A stretch of 61,180 nt of DNA, filler included, from Hausera hauseri (lineage: Eukaryota): assembly GCA_046269625.1 (NCBI GenBank). It is 10 parts of 10 records of this genome, joined end to end, with 100 filler letters (N's around TTAATTAATTAA, not from the genome) between each part and the next. Parts side by side here need not be neighbours in the genome. Positions count along the whole stretch, not along the records: positions 10,275 to 16,143 come from JBJURY010177194.1; positions 16,244 to 23,100 come from JBJURY010058218.1; positions 23,201 to 37,930 come from JBJURY010555450.1; 7 more parts are not named here. One strand, 5' to 3'. Positions 11,683 through 23,689 of this stretch are shown piece after piece; position 1 is the first letter of the stretch; each line of letters begins with the position of its first letter. A program made the position numbers and the translations under genes. A model generated the notes under the pieces. The model was not told where the DNA came from. It did not search any database and saw nothing but the letters and a program-made list of their open reading frames with translations.

Positions 11683-14600
11683 AACGAAGGAAAGAACAAA
11701 CAAACGAACGCAGGAACGAAAGAACGAATGAACGAACGAAAAAACGAAAGAACGAACGAATAAAGGAACGAAAGAGAATCGAACGAACGTGCGAACGAAG
11801 GAACGAACGAAAAACGAACGAACGAACGAACGCACGAATAAACGAACAAAACAACGAACGAAAGAACGAACGAACGAATAAAGGATCGAACGAACAAAAG
11901 AACGGTCAAGCGAACGTAGGAACGAACAAACGAACTAAGGAAAGAACGAAACAACGAACGAATGAAGGCAAGAACGAACGAACCAACGAACAAACGAAAG
12001 AACAAAAGAACGAAAGAACGGAGGAGGAACAAACGAAAAAACGAACGAACGAACAAACGAACGAAGGAAAAACGAACGAATGTACGAACGAACGAACAAA
12101 CGAACGAACGAACGAACGAAAGAACGAACGAAAGAACGAAAGAACGAACGAACGAACAAACGAACGAAAGAACGAACGAACGAACGAACGAAGGAAAGAA
12201 CGAATGAACGAACGAAACAACAAACGAACAAACGAACGAACGAACGAACGAACGAAGGAGGATCGAACAAACGAATGAACGAACAAAAGAATGAAGGAAC
12301 GAAAGAGGAACGAAAGCACGAACGAATGAACGATAGAATGAACGAATGAAAGAATGAACGAACGAAAGAACGAATGAACGAACAAACAAACAAACGAACG
12401 AACGAACGAACGAATGAATGAAAGAACGAACGAACGAACGAACGAAAAAACGAACGAACGAACGAACGAGCGAACGAACGAAGGAAAGAACGAACGAACG
12501 AACGAAGGAACGAAAGAACGAATGAACGAACGAAACAAGGAACGAACGAAAGAACGAACGAACGAACGAAGGGACGAACGAACGAAGGAACGAACGAAAC
12601 AATGATGGAATGAACGAACGACCGAACGAATGAACGAACGAAACAAAAAACGAACGAACGAACAAATGAGGAACGAAAGAATAAACGAACGAAAGAAGGA
12701 ACGAACGAACGAAAGAACGAACGGACAAAAGAAAGAACGAACGAACGAAAGAACGAAAGAAAGAACAAAAGAAGGAACGAACGAACGAACGAAAGAACGA
12801 AAGAACGAACGGAGGAACGAACGAAGGAGAAACGAACGAACGTACGAACGAAGGAACGAACGAAAGAACGAACGAACGAAGGAATGAACGAACGAAAGAA
12901 CAAAGGGACGAAAGACAGAACGAACGAACGAACGAACAAAAGAAAGAACAAAAGAACGAACAAACGAAGGAAGATCGAACGACTGAACGAACGAAAGAAC
13001 GAAGGAACAAACGATAGAACGAACGAACGAACGAACGAAGGAGAATAGAACGAACGAATGAACGAAAGAAAGAATGAACAAACAAACGAACGAACAAACG
13101 AACGAACGTACGAACGAACGAAGAAACGGAGGAACGAAAGAACGAAAGAAGGAACGAAACAAAAAACGAACGAACGAACGAAAGAACGAACGAACGAACG
13201 AACGAACGAACGAAAGAACGAAGGAACGAACGTACAAAGGAAAGAACAAACGAACGAATGAAGGAATGAAAGAACGAATGAACGAATGATACAAGGAACG
13301 AACGAACGAACGAACGAACGAATGAGGAACGAAAGAATGAACAAACGAAAGAAGGAACGAACAAACGAAAGAACGAACGGACGAAAGAAAGAACAAACGA
13401 ACGAAAGAACGAAAGAAAGAACGAAAGAAGGAACGAAGGAACGAACGAAAGAACGAACGAACGAAGGAATGAACGAACAAAAGAACAAATGGACGGAAGA
13501 AAGAAAACGAACGAACGAACAAAAGAAAGAACGAAAGAATGAACGAACGAACGAACGAAAGAACGAAAGAACGAACGAAAGAACGAACGAAAGAGAAACG
13601 AACGAACGTACGAACGAAGGAACGAACGAAAAAACAAAAGAACGAACGAACGGAGGAGGAACAGACGAACGAACGAAAGAACGAACAAACGAACGAAGAA
13701 GAAACGAACGAATGTACGAAAGAACGAACGAACGAACGAACGACCGAACGAAGGAAAGAACAAACGAACGAACGAAGGAATGAAAGAACGAATGAACAAA
13801 CGAAACAACGAACGAACGAAAGAACGAACTAACGAACGAACGAACGAATGAGGAACGAACGAATGAACAAACGAAAGAAGGAATGAACGAACGAAAGAAT
13901 GAACGAACGAATGTACGAAAGAATGAACGAACAAACGAGGAACAAACGAACGAACGAAACAAAGAACAAACGAACGAACGAACGTAAGAACGAACGAAGA
14001 AAAGAACGAACGATCGAATTAAGGAACGAAAGAAGGAATGAACGAACGAAACAAGGAACGAACGAAAGAACGAATAAACGAATGAGGAACAAACGAATGA
14101 ACGAACGATCGAACGAAGGAACGAAAGAAGGAATGATCGAACGAAACAAGGAACGAAGGAAAGAACGAACGAACGAATGAGGAACGAACGAATGAACGAA
14201 CGAACGAACAAACGAACGAACGAAAGAAGAAAGAACGAACGAACGAACGAACGAACGAAAGAACAAACAAACGAACGAACGAAGGAGGATCGAACAAAAG
14301 AATGAACGAATGAAAGAATGAACGAACGAACAAACAAACGAACGAACGAAGAAGGAACGAACGAACAAACGAACGAACGAAATAAGAAAAAACGAACGAA
14401 CGAACGAACGAACGAACGAAGGAACAAACGAAGGAAAGAACGAACGATCGAACGAAGGAACAAAAGAACGAATGAACGAATGAGGATCGAACAAATGAAC
14501 GAACGAAAAAACGAAGGAACGAACGATATAACGAACGAACGAACAAACGAAGGAGAATAGAACGAACGAATGAACGAACGAAAGAATGAACGAACGAACG

Positions 14601-16143
14601 AACGAACGAACGAACGAACGAACGAACGAACGAAGGAGGAACGAACGAACAAACGAACGAACGAAAGAAGAAAGAACGAACGAACGAACGAACGAACGAA
14701 CGAAGGAACGAACGATAAAACAAACGAACGAACGAACGAAGGAGGATCGAACGAAAGAATGAACGAACGAAAGAATGAACGAACGAACGAACGAACGAAC
14801 GAACGAACGAATGAGGAACGAACGAATGAACGAACGAAAGAACGAAGGAACGAACGATAGAACGAAACAACAAACGAACGAAGGAGAATAGAACGAACGA
14901 ATGAACGAACGAAAGAATGAACGAACGAACGAAGGAATGAAAGAACGAATGAACGAACGAAACAACGAACGAACGAACTAACGAACGAACGAATGAGGAA
15001 CGAAAGAACGAACGGACGAAAGAAAGAACGAAAGAAAGACCGAACAAAAGAACGAACGAAAGAACGAACGAACGAACGAGGAACGAACGAATGAACAAAC
15101 GAAAGAAGGAATGAACGAACGAAAGAAAGAACGAACGAATGTACGAAAGAATGAACGAACGGACGAAAAACAAACGAACGAACGAACGAACGAACGAACG
15201 AACGAACGAACGAACGAAAGAACGAACGAAGGAAAGAACGAACGATCGAACGAAGGAACAAAAGAACGAATGAACAAACGAAACAACGAACGAACGAACG
15301 AACGAACAAACAAATGAGGAACGACCGAACGAACGAACGAAAGAACGAAACAACTAACGGTAGAACGAACGAACAAACGAACGAACGAACGAAGGAGGAT
15401 CGAACGAACGAATAAACGAACGAAAGAGTGAACGAACGAAAGAGGAACGAAAGCACGAACGAATGAAGGAAAGAATGAATGAACGAACGAAACAGCGAAC
15501 GAACGAACGAACGAATGAGGAACAAAAGAATGAACGAACGAAAGAACGAACGGACGAAAGAAAGAACGAACGAACGAAAGAACGAAAGAAAAAAAGCAAG
15601 AAGGAACGAACGAACGAACGAAAGATCGAAAGAACGAACGAATGAACGAAGGAAGGAAAAACGAACGAACGTACGAAAGAATGAACGAACGGACGAGGAA
15701 CAAACGAACAAACGAAACAACGAACGAACGAACGAACGAACGAAGGAACGAACGAATGAAGAACGAACGAATGAACGAACGAAAGAACGAATGAACGAAC
15801 GATAGAACGAACGAACGAACGAACTAAGAAGGATCGAACGAACGAATGAACAAACAAATGAACGAACGAAGGAATGAACGAACGAACGAACGAACGAAGG
15901 AACGAAGGAAAGACCAAACAAAAGAACAAACGAACGAACGAACGAACGAACGAGGAACGAACGAACGAAAGAATGAACGAACGAACGAACGAACGAAAGA
16001 AAGAACGAAAGAAGGAATGAAAGAAGGAACGAACGAACGAACGAAAGAACGAAAGAACGAACGAATGAACGAACGAAAGAACGAACGAACGAACGAACGA
16101 ACGAACGAACGAACGAACGAACGAACGAACGAACGAACGAACG
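10275..16143. repeat. Degenerate (GAAC)n tetranucleotide satellite filling an entire contig
   Basis: Continuous GAAC/GAAT/AAAC/GAAG units with recurring higher-order blocks. All ORFs here (FVRS or NERT repeats) are artefacts of the repeat. Confidence 0.97.
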
Positions 16144-16243
16144 NNNNNNNNNNNNNNNNNNNNNNNNNNNNNNNNNNNNNNNNNNNNTTAATTAATTAAN
16201 NNNNNNNNNNNNNNNNNNNNNNNNNNNNNNNNNNNNNNNNNNN

Positions 16244-19200
16244 TTGGAGTAGTGGAAACATGCGTGGTAGATAGAGGAATTGAAATCGGGGTAGAGGTGG
16301 GTACAGGTGTAAGGAAGGAGCTTTATGTCTCGGTTGGTGAGGTATCGTCAACGTAAAAGGCGGGTTTTAGATTAGTGATATGCACAAAAACTTCTTTTCC
16401 ATCTTTGAGAATAATAGCGTTGTGTGAATGCAGCTGCACCAGTTTATATGGTCCTATGTACAGTGGTTGGAAACCGCACGGTGTCGGATATTTTAGCCAT
16501 ACAAACTTTGCCGAGTATAAATCTTCGGGTATATAAGATCTGTCATTGTGTATAAGCCTGCAAAAGGAATCTTTGCTAATTGTAATGAAATGATCTTGTG
16601 CTCCTTGTATTCTTTCGTCCGTAGGTGTCTCTTCAAGAGCCGTTAGTTCAAACAGTGACCATACAGGAGTTCCGAATAAAGCTTCCTTTGGTGAACATCC
16701 TGCGGACAAGGACGGAGTGTTCCGCCAGCCCAGCAGGACGAACGGTATAAGTGTAGTCCAATTGGTGTTTGACTGTGCAAGGATTCAAAGTGATGTTTTC
16801 AAGGTTCGGTGGAAACGTTCGAGGAGGCCATTTGATTGGGGATGATATGGTGTTGTATGATTGTGACTTATACCCAATGGGTTGACTAGAGATTTGAACA
16901 GATTTGACTCGAATGGTGGACCTTGGTCTGAGATGATATAATGAGGAGACCCGAACCTACTAATCCACGTACGGAATAAGGTATCGGCTATGGTGTCAGT
17001 GTTTGTACTCCGTAGTGGTATGGCTTCCGGCCATCGTGAAGAACGATCCATCACGGTCAGAATAAATTGGTGGCCGTTATCTATTGGGAGAGGGCCAACG
17101 ATGTCAATATGTACTGTTTCAAAAGGTGACGTACAAGGGAAATGGCATAATGGCGATTATAAATGTTTTATGGTTTTATACTTCTGACAAGCCACGCACT
17201 CTTTAACCCATGCAGGGTACCAAGAAAACTGCGCATTTCTGTTGTTGTCTTAGGTAGTTGGACATTTTTAAGAGTCTCGACTCGATCAGGCTGAGGTGAA
17301 TGGCTGTTTGAAGAGATAATATGTCCGGGGAAATTACCGCGATTCTGAAAGAAGTTATATTTCGCAAAATTGATCTGTAGATTGAACTGATTAAGTCGTT
17401 TGAAGATAGATCGTAGGTGTTCCTTGTGTTGTTTAACAGAACTAGAAGCAACCAAGATATCGTAAATATATGGATGCGCAAAGGTGACGTCTGAAAGGAT
17501 TGAATCAATGTGTTGATGAAAAGTCTGCGCGGAATTCCGGAGACCGAAAGGCATATACAAATACTCATAAAGACCAAAAGGTGTGGTAACTGCAGTTTTC
17601 TCTATGTCTTCCGGTGCGACAGAAATTTGGTGGTGAGCTTTGGCTAAAACGATTGTTGAATAAACTGAAGTAGTATTAAGAAGATGTAATATGTCTTTGA
17701 TTAATGGTAGTGGATATGTATCCATTACGGTTAAAATATTAAGCTGGCGGTAATCGCCGCATGGTCGGAAGGATCCATCCTTTCTTTGGACAATGTGGAG
17801 AGGCGACAATCAAGGGGATTTAGATCTGCGGACGATACCTGATTGTTCGAATTCCATAAATTACGCCTCTACTGCCTGCCTGCGACGCGGTGACAATGGA
17901 TGGACTTTTCGTCCAATTGGTCTTTAATGTTTTGTAATTATATGATGGTTAATGCCGTTTACAGGAATGAAATTCCGATCTTTCTGAAGTATACGAGGAC
18001 AACAAGTATAGATGAATTGTTTTAAACTTACGCGTAGTTGCTGGAATGTTGTGAGTGGCGATAAACCAAGGTTGCTATCAGTACTTGGTATATGGTGGTT
18101 GGTTGTTGATGAGGAATTGGGTGGAGTTTGAAGTAGGATGGACGGGTCCGGAACTGTATTTGAGTAGGTGTTGTTGTTCAGTGATTTTACTGAAAATACC
18201 AAATCGTGGGTGTCGGCATTGTGCTGTGATTGACTGTCGACATTGTCCTTTGGAAGCTTACGATGTAAAGCATTATAGTTATTGGAATTATAATGAGGTA
18301 CTGACTGTTTTAAAATTGATTACCTACTTACTGTTGACTGTGTTGTCGTTGGGGTGTTGTCTATTCCTGTGCTACAGTCTACAGGTGTATTCAATTTCAG
18401 GCATTTTTGGTTACAATCAACTAGCAAATTATAGTGCGAAAGGAAATCGGAGCCAAGTATTGCTGTCTGGACGTTAGCGACTGTAAACGTGCAATGAAAT
18501 AAAGGGGAAAATTTTGGTATAGTGAAAGATAATTTGCAAGTTCCGGCAATATGAAGAGGTTGACCGGAGACAGTGTATAAAGGTTTTGTTTTAGTTGAAG
18601 AATGCCGAATCGGAAAAGAAAGTGGTAGTAGTGAAATCGCTGTGCCGGTATCGATAAGAAGATCTATGGATTGAATGTTAGGATTAGAGATAGCGGCTTT
18701 TAGTGTAAAGACTTTAAATGAAGTGTGTCGGCAAGAGGAACTAAGTAAATTGCCTTTGTCAGAATCTGCCGAGAGTACTGGCGGCGAAATCAGTTTTTTT
18801 GGATTGGTGAGTTAGGATGGTTACTGTTTGAGACACTGGAACGTCTATTAGTGGTGTAGTTATTGTTAGTTTTATAGTTACAGCCGGAAATACAATTCCG
18901 AGTATTAGACCAAAATTTTGCATGATAGATGCAAACTATGTTATCCGAGTGTAAATTTGACGAATAATATCTACATCCTAAACAGCATTTATTTGCATTG
19001 TTATTAAATTTGTTGTGGTAATAACATATAACCGCGTTGGTGATGATGTTCGATTTCTAGAAGAAGAACGTGTTCAATGAGGTGAGGAAGCATTCCGTCG
19101 ATGTAAGGAAAGGTCACTCAGCTTATCATTGATAGTGCTGATTGTATGTTGTAGTGCTGCATTTTCGGCGCGTAATTTGTTTAATTGGTGCTTGATAGAT

Positions 19201-19982
19201 GTATGTCGTTGATTGTCATCGGTCGTAATAGCGGCTGATATAATGGGTTGCGATTGGATTTGTAATACTTCGTGTGCTTTATCGGCCAATTCAGCTAGTT
19301 TACCTAAGGCTGTAGAATCTTCAACAACGGTTAATAAAGCCCTAATTTGAATGGGTAAGGCATTAAGGAAATATCGTCAAAGTAGACCCCGATTGTGTTC
19401 CTTGGTGACACCTAAATTACGTAAGTAAGCCAATGAGGTACGTAGGAAATCACTAGATTTTTGTGTCCCCATTGCATTTTCATTAAAGTAACGTTGCATT
19501 ATCGAATCAACTGATGGTTCTGTCAGTTTTAGCACATCATTGAACAATTGCGTATAAGGGTCAGGGTGTTGAAAGATGTTCAATAAGTTATGAATTGAGG
19601 CTTTTATGGAGTTTGGTAGAAAGTAGAGTAAATTATGGGCTTTGGGTAACGAGTCTGTAATACCCTTGGATTGTAACCAGAGTTGATGGAAGTGGATCCA
19701 GGTTTTGCTAGAATTTTCATTGTCTATAAAATATTCAGAGCAATGTGGAAGTGTACTGATAGGATTTTTGTGAAAATAATTTGTATCGGTTGAAGTAGGT
19801 TGATGATTTGATTTGGGATAGTACAGAATGGATTTGGGTTTTGTGGTCACCTTATCGATGGTGTCAATGGGTGGTGAAGAAATCATACCGCCGCAGATTC
19901 TATGATGGATATAAATACAGATATAGTGATGTGAGTTTATGATGTGTGGGAGGTCAGTTAAAATGAAGCCATTGTGAGTCAA
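16244..19982 (-). mobile_element. Decayed CsRn1-like Gypsy element (gag-PR-RT-[RNase H deleted]-IN)
   Basis: Gag at 19074-19982. CHCC finger ICIYHAKFWSNTRNCISGC at ~18880-18935. Protease LIDTGTAISLL at ~18630-18660. RT RPCGDYRQLN...MPFGLRNSAQTF...YIYDILV. Integrase RWPEA...SDQG...YHPQSNGLLERFHRTLK, then GPY. Confidence 0.92.
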
Positions 19983-20769
19983 GTAAAAATCGCTGAAGGC
20001 GGTGGTACTGTGAATGAGGGCATATAGTTGTAATGTCTCGAGACGTTGTGTGGTGTGTATTGTCTGTATTAGGTTATTATTAACATAAAGGTAGAGGGAA
20101 AAGGGTGGTTATAGACGGTAAATCGGATAGTGTGGTATCTCGACGAGGTTATTCGAAGTTAAGAAAATTGCTGTTTCTTTTGAAGAATCTGACCGACCTG
20201 TAGACCCCCTATAATTAATGGATCTATTGCGTATATAACTGACGCATACTGAAGAAAATCGACAATAGCTAGAAGGGAACGGATCCTGTTTATTGTCAGA
20301 AACTCTAGTCAGGTACTCGCTGTCATCAGAAGAATAAATCTGGCCGGCTTTGCGATAATGTGCCTTGATTTCACCTCGTATCATTACAGATTCGTTAATT
20401 TCCATAGATGGTTTAGTGTTGGATTATGTTGGTTTGGCAAGGTAAGGCACGGGTGGTGTGTAGTTAACAATGCCACAGGTGGCTGAGCCATTTTATTAAT
20501 TTCTATGTGGTCATAATCGAGTTCACGAATTCGTAAGAGTTTCAAATGCTTCAAAACGTAAAAGTGCGGTTTACCAATTTTGCCCAATGAAGCCAATTTA
20601 AATTTCGATGCAACTTTATCAACAGTTGCAAGATATCTCGAAAGACGATGTCGTAGGTAAAGAATAAAATGAAACAACTGTTGAATAGAATAAACGAAAT
20701 TTATGATCTGAGTAATAAAGAAAAGAAGTGTTTTGCTGAAATGGTATAGAATTACAACGATGGCAAAAG

Positions 20770-21140
20770 TCATGCCGGAATGATAGCAAAAACGCCTTAC
20801 GGACAAAACTAAGAAAAGTTTGAACGATCTTAAAGCGCCAATTCGAAAATTCTTGTGATTCGTATCAATGCCTGATGGAACATGATTCTCATATCGTCGT
20901 CAATTTGAATATTCAAAAGTGAAGGTAGGTCAACAATTTCAGATTTATTCATAACTGAAGGGAGTAACATTGGAATGGCAGATATACAGGATTTAAGAAA
21001 ATCAATTTTTTGTTTTCTATCGGCAGTTATGACATCATCCAATTCTTTAATAACGTTTTCCTGTTTCGTCAACAACGTCGTACGGATAACTTGTTGGTTC
21101 AATAGTTTTAACATAGTATCAAATGCTTGTCGAATGGGAT
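20770..21140 (-). pseudogene. FRY: Furry (FRY/FRYL, MOR2-PAG1 N-terminal region) gene fragment
   Basis: IRQAFDTMLKLLNQQVIRTTLLTKQENVIKELDDVITADRKQKIDFLKSCISAIPMLLPSVMNKSEIVDL...IDDDMR aligns co-linearly, from recall, with FRY [23 protein letters not shown]...[27 protein letters not shown]...MDDELR. Confidence 0.8.
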
Positions 21141-21419
21141 TCGTGCAACTACCTATAGGGGCTGTGTTCGTGTGGTTTAGTTTCATGGAAGGGTAACTTG
21201 ATTTACCTTTTGTGGAAATTTGCCGGTGTTGATTTGTTTGTTGATTCAAATCATTTGTTAAAACTGCTTTGATTCGATCGTGTAACTCGGCTGTTTTTTG
21301 ATAAGTGATATTGTGAGGCTAACGCCTGTGTGCCTTCTAATGACTGGAAAAGCGCTATCGTTGATGAATTAATTGTCAGAATTGGACTCTATTATGGACG
21401 ATGGCCCATCAAAATGAAA

Positions 21420-22930
21420 GACACAATTGATTGGTGAGAAGTATCCGATACCGACTTTCTCAGTGATGATGTTGTGGTTTTAATATGAAACTTAAATCGA
21501 TTAAGAAAAAGATCCCATTTCATCTGATTACGATCTTTCTAATCCATATTAATGAACTGTTGAGGAGTACATCGCAAAAAATCACACATAACCTGTCCAG
21601 ACAATGTACACCTACTCATGTGCCGGAGCGATTAGATGTTCCAACGGCCATAATAAAAATGACATTCACGGCATTGGAATTGGACCGTGAAACCTTTTTT
21701 CCGAATATTGGACAGTCTACCATAGTACAATATAATTGATTTTGAGGGATGCGTCTTTTACAGTTTTTACATTTTAAAAGTATCATGTAACGTAAAGGAT
21801 CTCCAATGTCGATAAAAAAGCTTGTAAACATTCTGTAAATAATGGCGTATTCCGTATCGATTGTCCTCAGTTTAACTGTTTTTACTGTAATAACATTTTG
21901 TATACTACTCAATGGTATAACCGCATCATCGAACTATGAATCCATAGTAATCGAATCCAAAATGCTCCAGATGGTACTTAATAAATCATTTTTGACTTCT
22001 GTATCGTCTTGTAACACTCCTAGACTTTGCAGTCGTTGGCTTTCGACCACATCGGGATTTATAATCGAAGCAGTTCGATTATTAATGACTCCAACAAAAC
22101 CTCGTTTATATTCGTCATATTTGACTTTACAATCAACAAGAGAAAGTACGGTAATTTTCGGTTTCCAGTTAATGTTAATGAATTCGATCCATTCAAGATC
22201 CCATACAGTTATTGGAAACGCTTTACAGGTTTCATCCAATAAAACAACGTCGAGATTATGAAGAATTTTCGGTTGATTATTTTCATCTGTTTGTGATTTT
22301 GATAGTAAATCTAGATACTCGCCAATTTTTTTAGCAATGCTAAAAATGTAAAATGTTGCCCCTTCAATTGGTCTTCTTTCTGTAGGGATTTCATATCTAC
22401 GATCATATTGTACAATGAAACATGATCGGACATGAGATAGAGTAAAGTATTCTGTAATGCAAATAAACAACTCCTGTCAACACCAAAATACTGTTCAATC
22501 CCACTAAATTTCTCGTCCATCGACAATGTAAACGCACATGATGTCTGCACATGATATGTGTGATCCTTTTCTAAATTCACATCAACGGCAACATTGAACA
22601 CAGATACAATGTCGACTGAAATCCACGAAAACATCAAATTCAATTCGTTATCTGTTATTACCAATATGAAATGATGAATACAATTTCTTTGAATAATCCG
22701 ATTTATCCCATGACGTAATGTTTACCATATCACTCAGAATGTCGTAAAGAAAAACTGAACACTCCTTTTAATCGCGTACTTTTTGACGTATTGTTATCAG
22801 TATTTTTAATATGTACAATTCTAATGGGGCTTTTCGTTACAATTAAACCTCGAACTTTTACCGCATTTACATCTGGACTCAAATCACAAATATTAACAAA
22901 TGGATTATAAGGGATTTGAGATCGGTTTTT
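21420..22930 (-). pseudogene. MEIOB: MEIOB (meiosis-specific OB-fold protein) pseudogene, near full length
   Basis: Co-linear motifs: VRGLIVTK...VFSFSLR; VNITSWDKSDYSKKLYSSFHI; VVLLDETCKAFPITVWDLEWI...WKPKITVLSLVDCKVKYD...IINPDVVES; CKNC...C..C; CTPQQF...MKWDLFLNRFK. In-frame stops at 21934 and 21616, plus frameshifts. Putative 46-nt GT-AG intron at 22616-22661. Confidence 0.85.
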
Positions 22931-23276
22931 GATATTCATCAGTTTTCTTTCGTTCCGACTCGAATTACATTTCGAAATATTTGTTTTAATAATATTCACA
23001 CCGGTTTGAACTTGTAAGTAGCCACCATTGTCTTCTGTTCGTTTTCGTTCATTATTATTAACTGGTTGATGATCCTCAGTCAGAGGTTCAGCATTAAATC
23101 NNNNNNNNNNNNNNNNNNNNNNNNNNNNNNNNNNNNNNNNNNNNTTAATTAATTAANNNNNNNNNNNNNNNNNNNNNNNNNNNNNNNNNNNNNNNNNNNN
23201 CAATATTTATTTTTGGTAACAATTTGGTTCTAGAAAAAATCTAAACCAAATTGTTATTAATCATCAATTCACATCA

Positions 23277-23290
23277 TTCCCCTACCCTTA
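23277..23290 (-). promoter_or_regulatory. Polypurine tract
   Basis: Minus strand TAAGGGTAGGGGAA, immediately followed by TG (LTR start). A second copy is at 37735-37748. Confidence 0.85.
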
Positions 23291-23689
23291 AAGGGGGGAC
23301 AGCGAGAATTTGGAATCATCATTCAAGAATCATTCATACAAAATTCATGCACAAACAATTACTAATTAGTTCAAGTTTTAAAATACGACATACGAATGAA
23401 ATATTTAATTACTGGTTAAAATAGGAAATGAAAATATTATACAAAATGTGAAGGTGCTGATAAGATCAATAACCAAAGAGAAAAAGTGAAAAATATATAT
23501 ACAAGTTGCTCAAAATAAAATGATGCAAAAAAAATACAATATATACAAATTGCTAGAGAATACTTAGTCATACAACGATAAAAAATGAGAAATACAATAT
23601 ATACACAAGGTGAAGAAGACAATCAATTGTTAGATAAATGTTCAACGATCAATGTCTTTTTTCGGAGATTTTCGACATCCAGTTTAGTT

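Noticed and set aside
10275-16143. Possible CRISPR-like array
   Set aside because: There are no unique spacers and no cas genes; this is a eukaryotic simple repeat.
10219-16199. Very long ORFs (up to 1328 aa) of FVRS or NERT repeats
   Set aside because: They are translations of a stop-poor (GAAC)n satellite and are open in all frames.
23437-23622. Small hydrophobic ORF in the 3' UTR of the giant element
   Set aside because: T-rich UTR composition explains the hydrophobicity, and the second copy at ~37900 has indels in it.
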